Positions 38,401 to 49,300 of a DNA stretch of 64,000 nt are shown here, one piece after another. A program made the position numbers and the translations under genes. Position 1 is the first letter of the stretch. The number at the start of each line of letters is the position of its first letter. The stretch spans positions 98,845 through 162,844 of the forward strand of contig JBIJCF010000002.1 of NCBI GenBank assembly GCA_044344795.1, given 5' to 3'. Below the pieces are notes generated by a model. That model did not search any database. It saw nothing but the letters and a program-made list of their open reading frames with translations, and was not told the origin of the DNA. The DNA comes from Bacteroidia bacterium (lineage in GTDB: Bacteria > Bacteroidota > Bacteroidia > Palsa-965).

Positions 38401-38509
38401 AGGATTAAACCGTTATGAGTGGAATGGAGCGCTATTGCCGAAAGGCGTGTATTTCATGCGTGTTAAAAACGGAAATACAATTACCGTGAAGAAATTAGAG
38501 ATTCTGTAA
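35411..38509 (+). CDS. Secreted M4 (thermolysin-family) metalloprotease with a PKD domain and a type A T9SS C-terminal sorting domain
   Basis: Signal peptide, HEFTHGV zinc motif plus NESFSDIFG, a PKD domain (VWDFGDNSTSTNYNPTHVYNTPGTYNV), and a C-terminus of VSIYPNPSEGAFTIEI...GVYFMRVKNGN...KKLEIL. Confidence 0.9.
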   Translation: MRKSLLTAVVVGIACASALMAQQEFKGNEASRLFPGSNRVLINEQSRVPSFVVMAPGANVSKANALDGLRNTLKMSTADGLVPKREEKDKLGFTHSRYRQMYAGFNVEDGEYILHERNGRVETMNGMWFDQITVNTAPSLTEAAALSKALEFVGATTYKWEVPGENEWLQIITNNANATYYPKGELVVVCENGDYKKKNYRFAYKFDVYASEPMSRQWIFVDAHSGAIVNTKNRIHTIDTPGTGLTMYSGTQNITVDSFNGQYRLRESGRGQGVQTFDLNNGTNTANAVDFISATTAFTTTTNDDHCANDAHWGAEGTYDFYMTEMGRNGIDNNGMLMVSYVHYGNNYNNAFWNGTEMTYGDGSGQPGGFNPLTAIDVCAHEFTHGVTEFSANLVYQDEPGALNESFSDIFGAAIEWYKKPAQGDWLMGEEITVNANSALRSMSNPNQFGDPDCYTGTNWYVGTNDNGGVHTNSGVQNYWYYLLSVGGSGTNDLNDAFSVTGIGYMPAADIAFRNLTVYLTSSSQYADARTYAIQSAQDLFGACTPEVEATTNAWYACGVGGPYNPTVTAAFAANLTSSCSVPATVTFTNNSTNTNTAVWDFGDNSTSTNYNPTHVYNTPGTYNVQLIGSSACGIDTVLQSSFITINTPPAATGTGASSCTPASMTLSATGSGNLSWFAQPTGGTALATGNSYTTPVLNNTTTYYVENQVPQTPGNVGPANTTFGTGGQHNNTSTQYLEFTVLQPCTLGTALVNAGSSGNKTFVLWDNTGNQISTYQVNVPATGVQTITLNIPLNPGSYRIGGTQMNLYRHNGGVNYPYTLSNLLSITGSSAGSGFYYYLYNWQIIPQPCTAPRTPVIATIGVNNVTLDVSSYDTLCTTIPSINLSGGSPAGGTYSGPGIANGVFDPAIAGPGVHIITYTYTDQNNCTGTSSQSVFVDVCSGIDAGSYDNYVSIYPNPSEGAFTIEITSSSNDQRATLELMNALGQIVMSDRVVTTAGLNRYEWNGALLPKGVYFMRVKNGNTITVKKLEIL

Positions 38510-38527
38510 AAGAAAAACTACAGCAAT

Positions 38528-38561
38528 AAAAAAGGCGATTCTTACTGAATCGCCTTTTTTA
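38528..38561. terminator. Bidirectional rho-independent terminator between convergent genes
   Basis: AAAAAA-GGCGATTC-TTACT-GAATCGCC-TTTTTT: a perfect 8-bp stem flanked by A and T runs. Confidence 0.75.
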
Positions 38562-38562
38562 T

Positions 38563-39726
38563 TTAGTGTTTGCGTCGTTGTTTCTCTTTAATAATCAAAC
38601 TGAGCTCACGACCTGTTTGTCCTTTTACAGAAGTATTTTCCTGCGCTCGACGAATCAGGTAGGGCAATACTTCTCGCACGGGACCGTAAGGAACATACTT
38701 CACTACGTTGTATCCCGCATTGGACAAGTTAAAACTGATGTGGTCACTCATTCCGAATAACTGGGAAAAATAAATGTGCGAATGTGCCGGCAGAATGTTG
38801 TATTGCTGCATAAGGTCAACCAACAATTTGGAACTGCTTTCATTGTGTGTTCCTGCACAGATGGCAATCTTACTGATTTGCTCTAAACAGAACCGCAATG
38901 TTTCGTCGTATAATTTGTCGGTAGCTTCTTTGGTTGGATTTATTGGTGATGGATATCCAAGTTGCGCAGCACGATCCCGTTCTTTCTCCATATAAGCACC
39001 ACGCACCAGTTTTGCACCTAAAAAGTAATTGCCGTTAGCAGCTTTGTCAAATGATACTTTCAAGAAATTCAAGCGATCGTGACGGTACAACTGAAATGTA
39101 TTATACACAAGACATTTTTGCTTGTTGTAGCGCTGCATCATGGTGTCAGCTAATTCATCAATAGCAGTTTGAATCCAACTTTCTTCCGCATCAATAAAAA
39201 TAGGCTGCCCGTAACTGTGAGCGGTGCTGCAAATCTTGTCCACGCGATCCTGTACGCGCTGATATTCTTCTGTTTCGCTTTGTGTTAAAGCTGCGCCGGA
39301 GCTAACTTTTTCAAGCAAAGCAAACCGAGCGAGTCCTGTTACTTTAAACACGCAGAATGGAATGTTGTTATCTGTCTTGGCGCGCTCAATTGTAGCAATA
39401 GTTTCTGCCACACAATGGTCAAAGTCGTTTTCTGACTCTTTGCCTTCAACAGAATAGTCAAGGATGGTTCCAATTCGGAACTTACCCAATTCAGTGATTG
39501 TCTTCGCGCACTCTTCAATAGTTTCACCTCCTACAAATTGTTTGAAGATGGTTGCCTTTATAATGCCTTTAATTGGCAAGTTAGTTTTGAGTGCAAACTC
39601 TGTTAACCCTTTTCCAATGCTTACAAAAGTCGGGCTGCCGATCATTTTGAATAACCAATAAGATCTGCGTAAATCACTGTCCGTTTTTCCGGAAAACGCT
39701 ACTGCTGTATTGTCAAATGAAACCAT
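38563..39726 (-). CDS. Proline dehydrogenase (stand-alone)
   Basis: PRODH TIM-barrel family pattern with C-terminal PYLIRRAQENTSV; 387 aa. Confidence 0.85.
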   Translation of the reverse strand: MVSFDNTAVAFSGKTDSDLRRSYWLFKMIGSPTFVSIGKGLTEFALKTNLPIKGIIKATIFKQFVGGETIEECAKTITELGKFRIGTILDYSVEGKESENDFDHCVAETIATIERAKTDNNIPFCVFKVTGLARFALLEKVSSGAALTQSETEEYQRVQDRVDKICSTAHSYGQPIFIDAEESWIQTAIDELADTMMQRYNKQKCLVYNTFQLYRHDRLNFLKVSFDKAANGNYFLGAKLVRGAYMEKERDRAAQLGYPSPINPTKEATDKLYDETLRFCLEQISKIAICAGTHNESSSKLLVDLMQQYNILPAHSHIYFSQLFGMSDHISFNLSNAGYNVVKYVPYGPVREVLPYLIRRAQENTSVKGQTGRELSLIIKEKQRRKH

Positions 39727-39823
39727 AGGTGTGTTGAGTGTAACAAAGTTATCGGAATTTATGTTCAGGAATTCAATTTTAAGCTATACATATCGATTAG
39801 TTCTTTTGTAACTTTCAGCACCT

Positions 39824-40912
39824 ATGAAAGCACTGCCGGATATACTTGACACCGGATCTCATCGTATCTATTGCGGAGGATATGCATTCGAGTCGCTGGC
39901 ATTGCGCATTGGTCAGCTCAAACCTTCAAGCATTTTTATTCTCGTTGATGAAAATTCAGCGCAACACTGTTTGCCTTCATTATTGTCGGATATAGATGCT
40001 TTGAATGAAGCGGAGATCATTGAAATTGAATCCGGAGAAAGTCAAAAGAACATTGAAACTTGTATCGAGTTGTGGCGAGTGTTAGGTGAGCTCGGCGCAG
40101 ATCGAAAATCACTACTACTAAATGTTGGCGGCGGTGTGATAACAGATCTTGGTGCCTTTGTGGCCTCAACTTTTAAGCGTGGAATTGCCTATATCAATAT
40201 TCCGACAACGTTATTGGCACAAGTGGATGCTTCTATAGGTGGCAAGACCGGTGTCGATCTGGGTGTTTTGAAAAACGAAATCGGCACGTTCTCTCAACCG
40301 GATTCAGTGTTCATCTTACCGGATTTTCTCCGAACGCTGCCCGGACGCCAACTGTTATCAGGTTACGCAGAATGTTTAAAACACGCGTTAATCGCTGATG
40401 ATGGATATTGGGATGAGCTATCTAACTTAAATATAGCTGACCCTAAAAACTGGGAAGCAGTTATTTTTCGTTCGCTCGAAATAAAACTTAAAATTGTCCG
40501 TGAAGATCCTTTAGAATCAGGAATGCGCAAAGTGCTCAATTTTGGTCATACTGTCGGACATGCACTGGAATCCTATTATCTTGAAGATCCGCAGCGCTCT
40601 TTGTTGCATGGGGAAGCGGTTATTGTAGGGATGATTTGCGAGGCCTGGTTGTCTGTAGAAAAAGGTTTACTTGGTGCGCGTCAGTTTAATGAAATTGTAA
40701 CCCAACTGCTTGCTTTGTATGGTGTATTGGAGTTGCCTTCCGGATGCGAAGATCGTATCATTGAATTGATGCGCGGTGACAAGAAGAATGAAAAAGGTGC
40801 ATTTCGTTTTACCTTGTTAACGAAGATTGGTGAAGCAGTGTATAATAAATCCATGACACCCGAAGAAGTGCTTGCGGCAATTAGTTTCTACAGAACTTTA
40901 AAAGTGAAGTAA
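39824..40912 (+). CDS. aroB: 3-dehydroquinate synthase
   Basis: GGGVITDLGAFVASTFKRGI, DASIGGKTG and HTVGHALE motifs. Confidence 0.9.
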   Translation: MKALPDILDTGSHRIYCGGYAFESLALRIGQLKPSSIFILVDENSAQHCLPSLLSDIDALNEAEIIEIESGESQKNIETCIELWRVLGELGADRKSLLLNVGGGVITDLGAFVASTFKRGIAYINIPTTLLAQVDASIGGKTGVDLGVLKNEIGTFSQPDSVFILPDFLRTLPGRQLLSGYAECLKHALIADDGYWDELSNLNIADPKNWEAVIFRSLEIKLKIVREDPLESGMRKVLNFGHTVGHALESYYLEDPQRSLLHGEAVIVGMICEAWLSVEKGLLGARQFNEIVTQLLALYGVLELPSGCEDRIIELMRGDKKNEKGAFRFTLLTKIGEAVYNKSMTPEEVLAAISFYRTLKVK

Positions 40913-40913
40913 T

Positions 40914-42146
40914 ATGAATGTTCTAATTAGCTTTCCTAAAAAGGTTTCCGGGACAATTCAGTTGCCGCTATCCAAGAGCGAATGCAATCGAATGTTGATC
41001 ATTGAAGCTTTGATGGACAAACAAGCAGATGTAACGCGTTTGTCCGATGCTGAGGACACGCAATCGCTGGCCACCGCGTTAACACATCTTCATGATTTAA
41101 ATTACGTTTATGATATTGGTCCTGCAGGAACAAGTATGCGTTTTCTTACTGCACTGTTTGCAGTAACTCCCGGTGAACGCGTTTTAACCGGATCTGCGCG
41201 AATGCACAAGCGACCTATTTCAATTTTGGTGAAAGCATTGCGTGAATTGGGAGCGGATATCGAGTTTGTTGATGCTGAGGGGTTTCCTCCGCTCCGCATT
41301 AAGGGTGGAAAATTACAGGGCGGTGAGATTGCAGTAGACGGCAGTGTAAGTAGTCAGTTTATTTCTGCGTTGCTAATGATTGCACCTACATTGCACAATG
41401 GTTTGGTGATCAACTTTAATGGTCCGATTGTGTCAAGGCCATACATAAACATGACATTACGTATCATGGAACGCTATGGTGTATTTGCGATTTGGGAGGG
41501 ACAACGATTGTCGGTAAGTCCTCAGTTATATGTCATTGAAGAATCAGGTTCAGGTTGTATTGCAGAGGCCGACTGGAGCGCAGCATCGTATTGGTATAGT
41601 GTTGCAGCGCTTGCAGATGAAGCAGATCTGTTTTTGGAGGGATTAAAGGCTGAAAGCCTGCAGGCCGACGCCGTTACTGCACGCATTTACCCGTTCTTAG
41701 GTGTAAGTACAACGTACGAATCGGGTGGAGTGCGTATTACAAAAAATCATTACCGTCCCAAAGCCTTTGCTTTCGATTTTGAAGATTGTCCGGACATTGT
41801 TCAGACGGTAGCGGTAACGGCGGCGGCTTTGCAAATACCGTTGCTTATGCGTGGCCTGAATACCTTAAGAGTTAAGGAAACGGATCGTATTCATGCGTTG
41901 ATCACTGAATTAAGTAAAATCGGTGTAACCTGTAAGGAGAGCGCACCCGGTATCCTGGAATTAGTTACGTTTAAATCATTGCCGGATCAATTAAGTTTTG
42001 AAACGTACGATGATCATCGCATGGCCATGTCATTTGCTCCATTAGGTTGTCTACGACCAACATTGATCAGCAATCATGAAGTAGTGCGCAAGTCTTATCC
42101 CGCGTTTTGGGACGAGTGCAAAAAGATTGGTGCACAAATTCAATAG
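40914..42146 (+). CDS. aroA: 3-phosphoshikimate 1-carboxyvinyltransferase (EPSP synthase)
   Basis: LPLSKSECNRMLII, GPAGTSMRFLTA and DHRMAMSFA motifs. Confidence 0.9.
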   Translation: MNVLISFPKKVSGTIQLPLSKSECNRMLIIEALMDKQADVTRLSDAEDTQSLATALTHLHDLNYVYDIGPAGTSMRFLTALFAVTPGERVLTGSARMHKRPISILVKALRELGADIEFVDAEGFPPLRIKGGKLQGGEIAVDGSVSSQFISALLMIAPTLHNGLVINFNGPIVSRPYINMTLRIMERYGVFAIWEGQRLSVSPQLYVIEESGSGCIAEADWSAASYWYSVAALADEADLFLEGLKAESLQADAVTARIYPFLGVSTTYESGGVRITKNHYRPKAFAFDFEDCPDIVQTVAVTAAALQIPLLMRGLNTLRVKETDRIHALITELSKIGVTCKESAPGILELVTFKSLPDQLSFETYDDHRMAMSFAPLGCLRPTLISNHEVVRKSYPAFWDECKKIGAQIQ

Positions 42147-43153
42147 ATGTTCACTTCGCGTTCTAGTGTGATCCCGAATTTTTCCTGTACCGACTGAATA
42201 ATATCGCTGCTTAGTTGATGCACTTCGCTCCCGGATGCTCCTCCGTAATTCACCAATACCAATGCTTGCAATGCATGAACTCCATGCGTTCCACGTGAAT
42301 GTCCTTTCCAGCCTGCTTTTTCAATTAACCATCCCGCGGCAACTTTTACTGACGCGCCGGAGGGATACCCGACAATGTCAGAATACTCTTGTTGAAGTGT
42401 TTTAAATTGTGATTCGCTTATCACCGGATTCTTAAAGAAACTGCCGGCATTTCCGATCTGCGCAGGATCCGGAAGTTTGCTGCGTCGGATGCGAATAACA
42501 GCATCACTGATGTCCAGGATAGTTGGTGTAACAACTCCGGCTTTATTTAATTCTTTTTCTATTGCTCCGTATGAAGTATTCAATACAGGATTTTTATTCA
42601 ACTTAAATGTAACCGCGGTTATAATAAACTGGTTTTTGTGTTTCCGCTTAAATGTACTTTCCCGATATCCGAATTCACAATCTGCTGAATTGAAAGGAAC
42701 GATCGCGCGGTCGTTAATATGCCATGCGTCAAGTGAATGAAAAACATCTTTCAACTCTACACCATAGGCTCCGATGTTCTGCATTGGCCCGGCACCAACA
42801 CTTCCGGGAATTAATGATAAATTTTCTACGCCGCCCCAGTTGTGTGCAATGCAATGTCGCACAAAATCGTGCCATACAACGCCTGATCCAACTTTCACCC
42901 AAACATGATCAGGAGTTTCTTCCATCACTGCAATTCCGGGTATCAAATTTCTGATTACCACTGCATTTGCGTCTTGGGTAAATAAGATATTACTTCCGCC
43001 TCCCAAAATCAGCAAGGGTAATTCGCATTGTTTGCTGAATTGCGCAAATTCATCAAATACTTCTTCGTCACTGAATTCTCCGAAATATCGTCCGGTAACA
43101 TCAATTCCGAAGGTATTGTACGGACGCAGTGAAACATTTTCTTTCAAAAGCAT
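42140..43153 (-). CDS. murB: UDP-N-acetylenolpyruvoylglucosamine reductase
   Basis: LRPYNTFGI, LILGGGSNILF, and C-terminal GSFFKNP and SxxHALVLVN motifs. Confidence 0.95.
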   Translation of the reverse strand: MLLKENVSLRPYNTFGIDVTGRYFGEFSDEEVFDEFAQFSKQCELPLLILGGGSNILFTQDANAVVIRNLIPGIAVMEETPDHVWVKVGSGVVWHDFVRHCIAHNWGGVENLSLIPGSVGAGPMQNIGAYGVELKDVFHSLDAWHINDRAIVPFNSADCEFGYRESTFKRKHKNQFIITAVTFKLNKNPVLNTSYGAIEKELNKAGVVTPTILDISDAVIRIRRSKLPDPAQIGNAGSFFKNPVISESQFKTLQQEYSDIVGYPSGASVKVAAGWLIEKAGWKGHSRGTHGVHALQALVLVNYGGASGSEVHQLSSDIIQSVQEKFGITLEREVNIY

Positions 43154-43220
43154 GGGATAAATGTAATCCTAAAATTAACCTGATTCCTTTTTCCTAATTT
43201 CGGGACTTCAACACTATACT

Positions 43221-44351
43221 GTGCAAAAAGCTATTGTTTCTGTCATTAATGATCTTGTAACCGATCAGCGGGTGCATAAAACCTGTATGTATTTGCACGA
43301 GCGCGGTGTTGAGGTGACGTTGGTGGGACGTGTAAAAGCGGACAGTTTGCCAATGCCGGAGCGCCCTTATAAAACCGTGAGGATGAAATTGAATAGGGAA
43401 CGCGGTCCTTCGTTTTATCTGGAGTTTCAGTGGCGGTTGAGGAGTTTTTTAAATGAAAATCCCGCAGATATTTTAGTAGCCAACGACTTGGATGCATTGT
43501 GGCCGAATTTCAGTATTGCCCGACAACGAAAGATCCCGCTCGTGTATGATGCACATGAGATATTTACGGAAGTTCCGGAGTTAATTCATCGTCGTTTCAA
43601 GCAGCGCATATGGAAGAGGTTAGAGCAAAAATTGCTACCGCAAATCAAACACATGATAACCGTTAACGATTCCATTGCAAATTGGTATCATGAAAAGTAT
43701 GGCATACTGCCGGTTGTAGTGCGCAATATTCCTGATAAACCGTCAGTGCTGATTCAGAAAACCCGAGAAGATGTCGAGTGGCCGTTGGATAAGAAAATCA
43801 TTGTGTTGCAAGGCGCCGGAATTAATATTGATCGGGGATCTGAAGAATTAGTGGAAGCGATGCAATTTCTTCATGGTGCCGTTCTGATGATTATCGGTAG
43901 TGGTGATGTGCTTCCGAAATTGAAGCAGATGGTAATGGAATTGAAATTGGCGGATCGCGTTTGTTTTTTAGGCAAAGTACCTCCGGATGAATTGAAAGCA
44001 TTAACACGTTTGGCGGATGTAGGTGTTACGTTAGATAAAGACACTAACATCAATTACCGTTACAGTTTGCCGAACAAAATTTTTGACTATATCCAAGCCG
44101 GCGTGCCGGTTCTGAGCAGCAAGCTTCCGGAATTGGAACGAATCATTACAAATTATAATATTGGGGTGATTTCTGAATCTCATGTGCCTGAAATGTTGGC
44201 GAAAGAGATTCAACAGATGCTTGAAAGTCAACAGTATCAAATTTGGAAATCAAATACTGCAAGGGCTTCACAAGAATTAAGTTGGTATAACGAGAAACGT
44301 AGGCTAGATATTGTGTTTGACGAAATTTTATCTAAAAGTGGCGTGAAATAG
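43221..44351 (+). CDS. Glycosyltransferase family 4
   Basis: GT-B fold pattern with an ...NKIFDYIQAGVPVLSS... C-terminal region; 376 aa; GTG start. Confidence 0.75.
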   Translation: MQKAIVSVINDLVTDQRVHKTCMYLHERGVEVTLVGRVKADSLPMPERPYKTVRMKLNRERGPSFYLEFQWRLRSFLNENPADILVANDLDALWPNFSIARQRKIPLVYDAHEIFTEVPELIHRRFKQRIWKRLEQKLLPQIKHMITVNDSIANWYHEKYGILPVVVRNIPDKPSVLIQKTREDVEWPLDKKIIVLQGAGINIDRGSEELVEAMQFLHGAVLMIIGSGDVLPKLKQMVMELKLADRVCFLGKVPPDELKALTRLADVGVTLDKDTNINYRYSLPNKIFDYIQAGVPVLSSKLPELERIITNYNIGVISESHVPEMLAKEIQQMLESQQYQIWKSNTARASQELSWYNEKRRLDIVFDEILSKSGVK

Positions 44352-44381
44352 GCGAACAAACACGAAATTCGCGCCCGACGC

Positions 44382-45497
44382 ATGAGCGCACCTCAATTGC
44401 ATATCATTTCTTTCGATGTTCCTTTACCCGCCAATTATGGTGGTGTAATAGACGTGTGGTATAAAATCAAAGCATTGCGTGAACTTGGAGTTGAAATCAC
44501 GCTACATGCGTTTACGTACGGTAGAGCTCCGGTTCAGGAACTAAATCACTATTGCAAAGAGGTTCATTATTACGAAAGATCTTCATCGTGGTTGAACGGC
44601 TTAGCTTCCAAACCATATATCGTGTTGTCACGTGCAAATCCTCTAATACTTGAAAATTTGCAGAAAGACGAAGCTCCAATTTTATTCGAAGGGTTGCACA
44701 GTTGCGCATTTCTGGATGCGCCGGAATTAAAGCACCGTGTAAAAATTGTACGCACTCATAACATCGAACACGACTATTACAACGCTTTAGCAAGTGTTGA
44801 ATCGAATTGGCTAAAGAGTCTTTATTTCAAGCGTGAAGCCAAGAAACTTCGGGCGTTCGAGTCGGTGTTGAATAATGCCCAACATATCATCGCAATTTCA
44901 CCTGCTGATACAGCACAATTGCAAACGCGATACTCCAATGTACAGCATGTTATGGCATTTCATGCGTATAACGAAGTTGCGGTTCAAGAAGGTAGCGGTG
45001 ATTATTGTTTGTATCACGGGAATTTAGCGGTAGGCGAGAATAATGAAGCTGCATTGTTTCTTGTTCGTGAAGTATTTGCTTCCGGTAATTATCGATTGAT
45101 TGTTGCCGGAAATAACCCAAGTGCTGCGTTAAAGAGTGCGATGGCGGAATACAAGAATATGGAATTGCGTTCGGATATTTCAACTGCTGAAATAGACCAT
45201 TTAATTGCTAACGCTCAAATTAATGTCTTACCTACATTTCAAGCAACAGGGATCAAGTTAAAATTATTGGCGGCGTTGTTTCAAGGGAGGCATTGTTTAG
45301 TCAATGATCAGATGGTAGCGAATACAGGACTGGAAAGCATCTGCGAACATGCTAATAACGCTGAAGAGTGGAGATTGGCGGTGGATCGCTTAATGAAGAA
45401 GGCGTATGGAATTGAGGCGATGCAAGTGCGTCAGGCCGTCTTGAAGGGTTCTTTCAGCAATTTGGAGAATGCGCGGAAGATAAAAGCGTTACTGTAA
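44382..45497 (+). CDS. Glycosyltransferase (GT-B, group 1-like)
   Basis: [18 protein letters not shown]-terminus and a [20 protein letters not shown]-terminal motif. Assignment rests on architecture only. Confidence 0.6.
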   Translation: MSAPQLHIISFDVPLPANYGGVIDVWYKIKALRELGVEITLHAFTYGRAPVQELNHYCKEVHYYERSSSWLNGLASKPYIVLSRANPLILENLQKDEAPILFEGLHSCAFLDAPELKHRVKIVRTHNIEHDYYNALASVESNWLKSLYFKREAKKLRAFESVLNNAQHIIAISPADTAQLQTRYSNVQHVMAFHAYNEVAVQEGSGDYCLYHGNLAVGENNEAALFLVREVFASGNYRLIVAGNNPSAALKSAMAEYKNMELRSDISTAEIDHLIANAQINVLPTFQATGIKLKLLAALFQGRHCLVNDQMVANTGLESICEHANNAEEWRLAVDRLMKKAYGIEAMQVRQAVLKGSFSNLENARKIKALL

Positions 45498-46175
45498 ACT
45501 ATCCTTTATTTCGCCTTGAACGCAGGTTAATGTGCGTGAAGGAAACAACTCGGTAACAATTCTATCATGCGTTGCAATAAGAACCGCAGTGCCGGTTTCG
45601 CTTATTTCCTTTAGCAACCGGATAATTCCTTCCGATGTTTTCGGATCTAAGTTTCCCGTAGGTTCGTCAGCAAGTATAACTTCAGGTTTGTTCAATAGCG
45701 CGCGCGCAATAGCAACACGCTGTTGTTCGCCCCCGGAAAGTTCATGTGGCATTTTGTGCCCTTTGGTAACTAAACCCACTTTATCTAAAACTTCGTTGGC
45801 GCGATCTTGTATTTCTTTTTTGTTTTTCCAGCCCGTCGCCTTTAAAACGAAATAAAGATTTTCATTTACAGAACGGTCGTATAGTAACTGGAAATCCTGA
45901 AAGACAATTCCTAGTTTACGTCGAAGTAGCGGCACTTGTTTGCTTTTCACTTTGGCAATATCATATCCCACAATTACCGCTTCTCCTTGCGCCAACGGAA
46001 CATCAACATAAAGCATTTTTAGTAGTGAACTTTTTCCGCTTCCCGTTTCACCAACAAGATACACCAGTTCACCTTTGTTGATGGTGAAGCTAACATTCGA
46101 CAAAACAAGATTGTGCTTCTGAAAAACAGAAACCTTGTTCAAGTGTATAATGGCGTCGGTACTCATTGCGAACAA
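45489..46175 (-). CDS. ftsE: Cell-division ABC ATPase FtsE
   Basis: [12 protein letters not shown] Walker [27 protein letters not shown]; about 225 aa. The start may be the ATG at 46166. Confidence 0.8.
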   Translation of the reverse strand: MFAMSTDAIIHLNKVSVFQKHNLVLSNVSFTINKGELVYLVGETGSGKSSLLKMLYVDVPLAQGEAVIVGYDIAKVKSKQVPLLRRKLGIVFQDFQLLYDRSVNENLYFVLKATGWKNKKEIQDRANEVLDKVGLVTKGHKMPHELSGGEQQRVAIARALLNKPEVILADEPTGNLDPKTSEGIIRLLKEISETGTAVLIATHDRIVTELFPSRTLTCVQGEIKDSLQ

Positions 46176-46320
46176 AAGTAGAAGAAATCAAAATCTTTGC
46201 TGTGGCAATAAGGCGATTGATTCGCAATAATTTCAACACGATCGCGTTAATAACTTGAACCAACGTAATCCTTGATGCGGCTGAGGACAATCTACTTTTA
46301 TACGTTGATATTTCTAGCAA

Positions 46321-49300
46321 ATGAGGCGTTACCTATTTTGTCTTCTTCTAATCTGTTCTGCATCTGCCGCTCTTCGTGTTCAGGCACAGCAAACGCAAGT
46401 GCACATTGCTCCGGATGCTGAGTTCAATCAGGCGTTGGACTTCTTTACTAAACAAAAGTATGCTGAAGCTTTAGATCGCTTTGATGCTATTGTTAAAAAT
46501 GCTGTAGACAAAAAATCCTTCTATGCGATAGATGCACAATACTATGCTGCTGTTTGTGCTACTGAATTGTTTCACAAAGATGCTGAAATTCGCCTGCAAA
46601 AATTCTTAACCGATCATCCTGAAAGCGCGCGCAAGAACCGTGTTTACTACCATTTGGGGAGATATAATTTCCGCAAAAAGGACTATAAAGAAACCCTGGA
46701 TTGGTTTCGTGAAATAGATGTGTACGATTTGCAAAAGGAGGAACTGTCAGAATATTATTTCAAGCGTGGTTATTCGCATTATGAACTTGGTCACACGGAT
46801 TCTGCATCGAAGGACTTCTTTGAAATCAAGGACATTGATACCAAATATTCTCCTGCTGCAAATTATTACTATTCGCACATTGCGTACACGCATGGAAACT
46901 ACGAAACGGCTTTACAGGGTTTCAAACGGCTTACAGGGAATGAAACGTTCGGACCATTAGTCCCTTATTACATCGTTCAGATTTATTACCTGCAAAAGCG
47001 TTATGAGGAAGTTATCGGTTATGCGCCGGCTATGTTAGATTCCGCGGAACCGAAAAAACGTTTTGAAATTGCGCATATTGTTGGTGCTTCGTATTTCCGT
47101 GTAGGGAAATATCGTGAATCCATTCCGTATTACCAGTTGTTCCGAAAGGGCGCGGCATACTTGAACGAACAAGAAGGTTATGAATTAGGTTATGCGTATT
47201 ATAAGTCCGACAGTTGTGAACAAGCACTCACGTATTTTCAGTTGGCGCTAACCGATTCGTTCACGCCACTCAATCAAAATATTTGGTATCACGTAGCAGA
47301 TTGTTACATCAAAACCGGAGATAAACATCTGGCGCGATCTGCATTCGGTAAAGCCGCAAGTATGCGCTTTGATCCTGTGGTACGTGAAGATGCTTTGTTC
47401 AACTATGCGCGTCTCAGTTACGAATTGTCTTTCGATCCATTTAATGAGGCTATCATTGCGTTAAACGAATATTTGTTAGAATACCCCGAGAGTCCGCGTC
47501 GTGATGAGGCGTATGGCTTATTCACAAATATTTATCTCATTACCAGAAATTACAAAGAAGCGTTATCGTCAATTGAGAAAATCAAAATGCTCTCGCCTCA
47601 GATGCAGCCTACGTATCAAATGATTGCATACAATCGTGGTGTGGAGTTGTTGAAGGCAAAGAAATACGATGATGCCGTGGCGCACTTCAACAAATCACTG
47701 ATATATCCAATAAACATGGAAATGAGTGCGATGGCACGTTACTGGAAGGGCGAAGCGTATTATGCAAAGGCAGAATTTGAACGCGATACGACAGGATACG
47801 TGAAGGCAATTGATGAATACAAGGCATTTCAGAATACACCCGGATCAGCAAACTACGGTTACTTTAACACAGCGAACTACAATACAGGATATTGCTATTT
47901 CGAGATGAAAAATTGGAATGCTGCAGCAGTGGCATTTCGTAAATATGTTTCGCTAAAAGGCAAGTCCGATCCTCTTTCCCGTGTTTACGATTCATATTTG
48001 CGATTGGGCGATGCGTATTTCCGTGTCGGAGACTTTGTTAATGCCAACGATTTTTACGGACAAGCAGTTGCACTCGCAACACCGGACGCTCGCTTTAAAG
48101 ATTATGCCATGTATCAACAAGCCATGGCGTTAGGGTATTTAGGAAAGAAGAAAGAAAAGGCTGATTTATTACGCAACATGCGCGAGACTTATCCTAATTC
48201 ACAATACCTCGCAAGCTCAAGATATCAGGAAGCAAAAACTTTGCACGATTTAAGAATGTATGATGAAGCGCTTGCTGCATATAGTAAGTTATACAACGAT
48301 TTGCCGCAAAGTGAATATGCCGTGCCTTGCCTGATGAACATGGGATTAATATACCGCGCAAAGAACGATAATGACAATGCATTGGTGCAATACAAAAAGG
48401 CAGTGGAGGCGGTTAAAGGAAAGGGAACTTCGTTGTTCGGTGATCTGATGCGTGAAATAAAAGACATCTATGTTTTAAAGGGACAACTTGATCAATGGGA
48501 GCAGTATGCTGAAAGTGTTGGGTATTTAGAAAGTGCTGCGGTTGCTGATAGTACAACGTATGCAGTTGCAACGAAGTTCTATAAGGAAGGAAACTGTGCG
48601 GAAGTGTTGAAACAATGCAACAAGTATATCTCCAAATATCCGGGAGGAATGTACATCACCGACATTCATCACATGCGTGCAGAATGCGCATTTAAAGCCA
48701 ATGATCTGACCACCGCGTTAGGTAGTTACAATGCTGTAATTGCTAAAGGAACTACGAAGTATACGCAACGTGCAATTGCGCAAGCAGCACTCATTTACAA
48801 TAAGCAAGGCGATTATGCGAATGCTGTGAAGTTATACCGTCGTGTAGAAATAGAAGCGACAGCACAAGGTGAACGCGATAATGCAAAAGTGAATTTGATG
48901 GTGTGTTATAATTATTTGAAAGTTGCGGACTCTGCCGCGTATTATGCGGGGCAGGTTCTGACATTGAAAGGACTGCCGTCTGACATTATAGGGCAGGCTA
49001 ACTTCTTAAAAGGCAATGATGCATTAGCGAAGAATGATAAAATCCAAGCGGATAAATACTTTAAGGAAGCGAAGAAATTGTTGCAGGGTATGGAAGCCGG
49101 AGCTGAAGCAAGTTACCGCCTTTGCTGGATCAAGTATGATAACAAAGAACATAAAACCGCTAAGCAAGCAATTCTGGATCATATCAAAGAGAACGCAGGA
49201 TTTTCACAATGGAGTGGAAAAGGTTGGTTGTTGTTATCTGATAATTATCTCGCGATGAAGGATACGATTAATGCACGGAAGATTCTTGAATATTATATCG

